From: a virus | Length of the DNA: 64,000 nucleotides | Direction: 5' to 3' (one strand) | Virus record (IMG/VR): IMGVR_UViG_3300002461_000132 | Span: 1-64,000 of that record | In this document: one piece after another, positions 59,857-64,000 of the stretch | Layout: the number at the start of each line of letters is the position of its first letter | How positions within the stretch are numbered: position 1 is the first letter of the stretch | Notes under the pieces: generated by a model | Seen by the model: the letters and a program-made list of their open reading frames with translations, nothing else | What the model was told of the DNA's origin: nothing | The model's database searches: none | Translations under genes and position numbers: made by a program

Positions 59857-61365
59857 ATGCCGTTTGACATCGACGCGTTTCCTCCTCCGCTGACGGCGTT
59901 CGACATCGACATCGGCGCACCGTCGGGAGTCGCGATGTTCGGCACGCAGCCGGCGCGAGGTCAGCGACCGAAGCGCAACGCGCGGCACGATCCGTTCCTG
60001 TTCCGGTCGCCGACGGTGATCGCCGCGGCCGCGGTGCCGGCGGGGGTCGCGACGTTCGGCACGCAGCCGGCACGTGGTCAGCGTCCGAAGCGCAACGCGC
60101 GGCGCGATCCGTTCCTGTTCCGGCCGGATCGGTTGCCGCTCGCGATCCCGCCATACGGCCCCGCGATCGCGTCAACGATCATGCTCGACGTCGAAGCCGG
60201 CGGATCGGTGACGTTCGAATTCGCGACGAACATCATCCCCGATCGCGGCGGCCTCGAGTACCGGCGCAGCGTGCGAGCTCGGCCGCGCTCGTCGTGGAAA
60301 TTCCCGGTGCTGCTCTCCGACGTGCAGTCGCGCGACATGCGATCGCGCATGCTGCGCGGTGCGGCCGCCGGCGATGCGTACGGCCTCGCGTTGCCGTACG
60401 AGGCCGCGTTTCTCCTCGACGACGCGAGCGGCGCGACGATCTACCTCGACACCACGATGTGCGATTGGGCGATCATCTCGCAACGCGTGATCGTCGTCGG
60501 CCACGACAACACCGCGGTCGAAGCCACGGTGCAATCGGTGACGCCGTCCTCGATCCTCCTCGACGTGGTGCCCGGGCTACTCGGCCGGGGCGGCTGTCGC
60601 GTGATGCCCGTCGTGCCGGTGTACCTGATCGAGATGCAGCCGCTCGGCCGCTACGCGCGCAACCTCGAGCGCTGGCAGATCGTAGCGGAGCCGGCGGGGC
60701 GGCCGGGCTTCGTGAACACGACGACGGTTGTCGGTGCGACGATCAACACGACGCCGGATCTAAACCCGCTGTTCGATCGCGGCATCGTCATGAATGACAC
60801 GAACGCCTCGAGCATGATCCCCGAGGCCGACGAGATCGATCTCGGATCGCTGATCGTCGTGCGCAGCACGCGCACGATCAGCGACGAGGGGCGATCGATC
60901 GTCTATCGATCCTCGCGTCGCGTCGAATGGCAGTGGTTCAAGAAGTTCATCAACGCGGTGCGCGGCCGTCAGAAGCGTTTCCGGTTGTCGACGGGGAGAC
61001 CCGATCTCAAGATCCTTTCCGTCGACGGTGGCGGGGCGAGCATCACCGTTGCGGCCCCGAGCACCGGCGCCGGCGGGGTGGGTGAGGCCGACTACGTCGG
61101 GCAGTGGTTCAACTCGCAAGCGCACACGCTGTTGTGCTTCAACATGGTGAACGGCACGCAGCAGTGGATCAACGTCAGCACCGCGGCCGATAGCGCGCCG
61201 GGGGTCCAACAGATCGATCTTGCGGTGCCGCTCGTCGGGGCGCTCGCCGAAGTCGACTTCGTTTCGTTCGCCGAGCTCGTGCGGTTCGACAGCGACGAGA
61301 TCACCGTGACGTGGAATCGCACCGTGTTCGCGGTCGAGGTACCCGCGCGCACGATTCAACAGTAG
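59857..61365 (+). CDS. Distal tail protein candidate (DUF2460-like core) with duplicated basic N-terminal motif
   Basis: IIPDRGGLEYRRSVRARPRSSWKFPVLL recalls the GTA g12 / lambda M-position family. The N terminus carries two copies of FGTQPARGQRPKRNAR(H/R)DPFLFR. Confidence 0.4.
   Translation: MPFDIDAFPPPLTAFDIDIGAPSGVAMFGTQPARGQRPKRNARHDPFLFRSPTVIAAAAVPAGVATFGTQPARGQRPKRNARRDPFLFRPDRLPLAIPPYGPAIASTIMLDVEAGGSVTFEFATNIIPDRGGLEYRRSVRARPRSSWKFPVLLSDVQSRDMRSRMLRGAAAGDAYGLALPYEAAFLLDDASGATIYLDTTMCDWAIISQRVIVVGHDNTAVEATVQSVTPSSILLDVVPGLLGRGGCRVMPVVPVYLIEMQPLGRYARNLERWQIVAEPAGRPGFVNTTTVVGATINTTPDLNPLFDRGIVMNDTNASSMIPEADEIDLGSLIVVRSTRTISDEGRSIVYRSSRRVEWQWFKKFINAVRGRQKRFRLSTGRPDLKILSVDGGGASITVAAPSTGAGGVGEADYVGQWFNSQAHTLLCFNMVNGTQQWINVSTAADSAPGVQQIDLAVPLVGALAEVDFVSFAELVRFDSDEITVTWNRTVFAVEVPARTIQQ
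59929..60123 (+). repeat. In-frame tandem duplication (two 78-nt copies, 117-nt period) inside the 59857..61365 gene
   Basis: Copy 1 (59929-60006) and copy 2 (60046-60123) differ at about 6 positions. They encode GVA(M/T)FGTQPARGQRPKRNAR(H/R)DPFLFR. Confidence 0.8.
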
Positions 61366-61374
61366 GATGGTCGC

Positions 61375-62241
61375 GTGACCTACGCGGCCGACGACGTCTC
61401 GATCCAAGACTCGGAGCAAACCGAGCTTTTCGAATTCACGTATCCCGGCGGGGTCACCCGCTACGCCGGCGGATCGGAGGATATCACCGTCGACGCGAAC
61501 GGCGACGCGGTTGCCGAGACGTACTACGCGACGGCGGCCGCGGCCGGGCGACTCGTCGTCGCGCAGGTCACCGAGCTCTCCGAGCTTTCGATCGAGCTCG
61601 CCGGTGACGACCCCGTGGTGCAACTCTACTCGACGGGCATCATCGCCGGATACGGCCCCCCGATCCGGGGGCTCGAGGTGCGCGTGTTCCGCTACGAGAA
61701 GGTGTCGGGTGAAACGATCCAGATGTGGCGGGGCTACGCCGGCGGCCTCGCGTTCAAGGGACCGAAGGCGAGCTATCGTATCTCGAGCGCCGTCGACGAC
61801 GCGTTGACGACGCAGATCCCCGACGTCGTGTTGCAGCGTCAGTGCAACGCGCACTTCACCGACAGCCGATGCGGCATCGTCGCGACGTCCGTGCAGACGG
61901 CCGCGACGATCTCTTCGATCAGCACCGACGGGTTGCAGATCATCGTCAGCGCGATCGGCGGTGCCTCGCCCTACCACGTCGGCGGCACCGTCGTGCATGT
62001 CGGGTCGACGGAGGTGCGAGGCATCCGCGATCAGAACGGCACGACGCTCGATCTCGCGTTGATCCCGTTTCGCAATGCGCAAGTTGGTGACGCGGTCCTC
62101 GTGCGCGCCGGTTGTGACTACAAGGCGAAGACGTGCCGCGACAAGTTCAACAACATTCCCAATTTCCGAGGACACCCGATAGCGCAGCTATCGAATCCGT
62201 TCGTGCTCGGAGTGACGAACAACGGTCGGAGGACTAGCTAG
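61375..62241 (+). CDS. Tail hub protein (DUF2163 plus BR0599-type C terminus; lambda L / GTA g13 position)
   Basis: NAHFTDSRCG and the C-terminal GDAVLVRAGCDYKAKTCRDKFNNIPNFRGHP match the remembered DUF2163/BR0599 signature (GCDk..tC..KF.N..NFrGfP). Confidence 0.6.
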   Translation: MTYAADDVSIQDSEQTELFEFTYPGGVTRYAGGSEDITVDANGDAVAETYYATAAAAGRLVVAQVTELSELSIELAGDDPVVQLYSTGIIAGYGPPIRGLEVRVFRYEKVSGETIQMWRGYAGGLAFKGPKASYRISSAVDDALTTQIPDVVLQRQCNAHFTDSRCGIVATSVQTAATISSISTDGLQIIVSAIGGASPYHVGGTVVHVGSTEVRGIRDQNGTTLDLALIPFRNAQVGDAVLVRAGCDYKAKTCRDKFNNIPNFRGHPIAQLSNPFVLGVTNNGRRTS

Positions 62242-62243
62242 CT

Positions 62244-64000
62244 ATGTGGCTTACACTCGCAATTTGGGGCGTCACCCTTGCCGCATCGTGGGCCTATAAC
62301 AAGTGGGGTCGCGAGGAGCCGAAGAAGCCGGAGAGTCGGTTGCTCGAGCTCGCCGGCAACTTGCCGCGCACCGACGAGGGCACGCCGATCCCGCTCGTGT
62401 TCGGACGCGTGCGCGTCAACCGCGCGCTCGTCGTGTGGTACTCGCCTCCGCAAAACGTGTGGGCCGACAACCCTCCGCGGTGGCGGTACGCGATCGACAT
62501 GCTGTTCGTCGTCGGCATCCCGATGAAGTTTGGAGCGCCGACGTTCGACGGCCTCGGCAACCGCACGCACTCGCGCGAGCCGAAGTTGTGGAACATGTAC
62601 ATCGGAGATCAAACCGAGGTGTGGACGACGACGGCGTGGGTGCCGGTGACGCACGAGCGCGAAGCTGTTGTTGTGGTCGATCAGGGCGGCCCCGGTGCCG
62701 GTGGTCAGATCGTTGGATCGCTGCACTGGTATAACGGTTCACCCGATCAGACCCTTAGTAACAACCTCGCTAACTTCTCAGTCGGACCGGACCCCGATAC
62801 CTATCTATTCCCGGCTGTCTCGGACATCACCGAGATCGCGAATAGCATGCAGTTTCACGAGGAGGACGGCACGTTGATCCCGGGGTACCGCGATCAAATG
62901 CTCGTCTCGCTGACGACGGCCGGCAACAACTACGGGGCCGGCATCGGAGGGTTGACCGAAGGATTCGAGATCCCGGAGTCAGGATCGATCCCGCCGTTCG
63001 GTTTCGAGGTGTCGACGTACGGCGCCGATCGCTACAGCGTCGCCGGGTTTAACGGCCTCGGTGACGACGCGGATCCGATCGAGGTCATTCACGAGATCTT
63101 GGAATCGGATTGGGGCAAGGTCGGCTACCCGTCGGCCGCGATCGACGCGGTGTCGTTTCAAGCGGCGAGCGACGTGCTGTGTGCCGAGGGCAACGGATAC
63201 TCGCGCGTCCACTACGACACCGAGGACGCGAAGCAAGTCATCCAAGGCATTCTAAAGCAGATGAATGCTGTGATGTACGAGGAGCCGAGCAACGGAAAGC
63301 TGACTCTAAAGCTCGTACGACCCGACTACAACCCGGCGACGATTCCGCAATTCGGCGACGGCGGTGCCGGCATCGTCGAGTGTGAGGACTACGCGATCGG
63401 CAACTACGGCGACACGTACAACGAAGTGCACGTGACCTACACGTCACGTGCCGTTGGCTACTTGCCCCGCATCGCTCGCGCGTACGACGCAGGCAACAGC
63501 GTGCAAGCTGTCGGCGGCCGCAAGCGCGTGCACACCGTCGACTATCCGGGGTGCTGCACCGAGGAGCTCGCGAGCGCGCTCGCCGGCCGCGATCTCGCCG
63601 CGATGTCGCGGCCGCTCGCGAAAGGGCGTTTCGTGTTCGATCGTCGGGCCGATGGCGTACGGCCGGGCGATGTCATTCGGATCACGAGCTTCGCGCAACA
63701 CCACATTGTCAACTTGGTGTTCCGCGTCATGAACATGGATCGAGGTGACCTATTCGATGGGCGCATCACTCTCGATCTGATTCAAGATCCGTTCGGGACG
63801 GCGACGGCCGGTGTTGATCCCGGCGACGTCGAACCGCTGTTCTTGTTCCCGGGTCCGCTGACGCATCGCGTGTTCGACGAGGCGCCGCGGTTGCTGATCC
63901 GTCAGGCGATCGCGGCCGGCAAGATCACCGGCAACGCGGACGATCAACGCGTGATGATGTGCGCGTCGCAAGAGGATTCGTTCTCGGAGATGGGGATCGT
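62244..64000 (+). CDS. Host-specificity / central tail fibre protein (lambda J-like), N-terminal part; 3' end outside window
   Basis: Absent from the ORF track because no stop occurs before the window end. ATG 62244 opens a frame that I read as open through 64000. N-terminal MWLTLAIWGVTLAASW, then GTPIPLVFGRVRV, typical of J-type N termini. Confidence 0.6.
   Translation, partial: MWLTLAIWGVTLAASWAYNKWGREEPKKPESRLLELAGNLPRTDEGTPIPLVFGRVRVNRALVVWYSPPQNVWADNPPRWRYAIDMLFVVGIPMKFGAPTFDGLGNRTHSREPKLWNMYIGDQTEVWTTTAWVPVTHEREAVVVVDQGGPGAGGQIVGSLHWYNGSPDQTLSNNLANFSVGPDPDTYLFPAVSDITEIANSMQFHEEDGTLIPGYRDQMLVSLTTAGNNYGAGIGGLTEGFEIPESGSIPPFGFEVSTYGADRYSVAGFNGLGDDADPIEVIHEILESDWGKVGYPSAAIDAVSFQAASDVLCAEGNGYSRVHYDTEDAKQVIQGILKQMNAVMYEEPSNGKLTLKLVRPDYNPATIPQFGDGGAGIVECEDYAIGNYGDTYNEVHVTYTSRAVGYLPRIARAYDAGNSVQAVGGRKRVHTVDYPGCCTEELASALAGRDLAAMSRPLAKGRFVFDRRADGVRPGDVIRITSFAQHHIVNLVFRVMNMDRGDLFDGRITLDLIQDPFGTATAGVDPGDVEPLFLFPGPLTHRVFDEAPRLLIRQAIAAGKITGNADDQRVMMCASQEDSFSEMGI

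Larger units (their letters stand above)
1..64000. mobile_element. Tailed dsDNA phage (or prophage) genome segment with divergent early arms, a replication/DNA-modification arm (minus strand) and a packaging-head-tail arm (plus strand)
   Basis: Dense, strand-blocked gene order: terS-terL-portal-MuF-protease/scaffold-decoration-capsid-neck-tube-G/GT frameshift-tape measure-distal tail-J. A phage-type replication module lies on the opposite strand. No cellular housekeeping genes were seen. Confidence 0.9.

Noticed and set aside
1-64000. Integrase, excisionase, CI/Cro-type immunity pair, att sites or transposase, which would mark a temperate or mobile lifestyle
   Set aside because: No tyrosine- or serine-recombinase or DDE motifs were recognised in any frame I read. 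Their absence within this window does not exclude them just outside it.

Overview
The window reads as most of a GC-rich (about two-thirds G+C, estimated by eye) tailed dsDNA phage or prophage genome, with siphovirus-like structural genes. No rRNA, canonical tRNA, CRISPR array, integrase or transposase was seen. Layout: a 149-bp divergent control region at 28199-28347 launches two arms. The minus-strand arm (28198 down to 3200) carries small ORFans, then a DNA-modification and replication set: a TGT/DpdA-like protein, a RecA-fragment-like protein, two methyltransferase homologues, SNF2 and RecD-like helicases, family A DNA polymerase, primase-helicase, nucleases, a 2H phosphoesterase, an amidase and a sigma region-4-like protein. 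The plus-strand arm (28348 onward) carries small ORFans and AlkB, a 694-aa ORFan, a repeat-rich lower-GC intergenic region, then terS, terL, portal, a Mu F-like protein, protease-scaffold, decoration protein, major capsid, neck proteins, tail tube, the G/GT frameshift chaperone, tape measure, distal tail proteins and a J-like protein that runs off the window end. If the sequence is circular or permuted, the arm continues at the window start with a tail-fibre 3' end and a membrane-protein plus cysteine-peptidase cassette, which meets the minus arm at 3200-3203. The most notable signals are: (1) eight near-identical ~45-bp promoter cassettes whose fixed geometry (TTGACA-17-TAnnnT-7-ATG) predicts leaderless early mRNAs; each contains a 10-bp-phased TGTTGAC doublet that recurs at other operon starts. 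(2) An array of promoter-per-gene ORFans. (3) A RecA-core fragment without ATPase motifs. (4) A DpdA-like gene without preQ0 genes. (5) A Mu F protein fused to a ParB/Srx-like domain. (6) A two-gene antisense insertion inside the head module. (7) A GTCTAGAC-type repeat cluster upstream of terS. All homology statements rest on motif recognition from memory. No database search or computation was run, and many start codons are inferred from ATGA/GTGA coupling.
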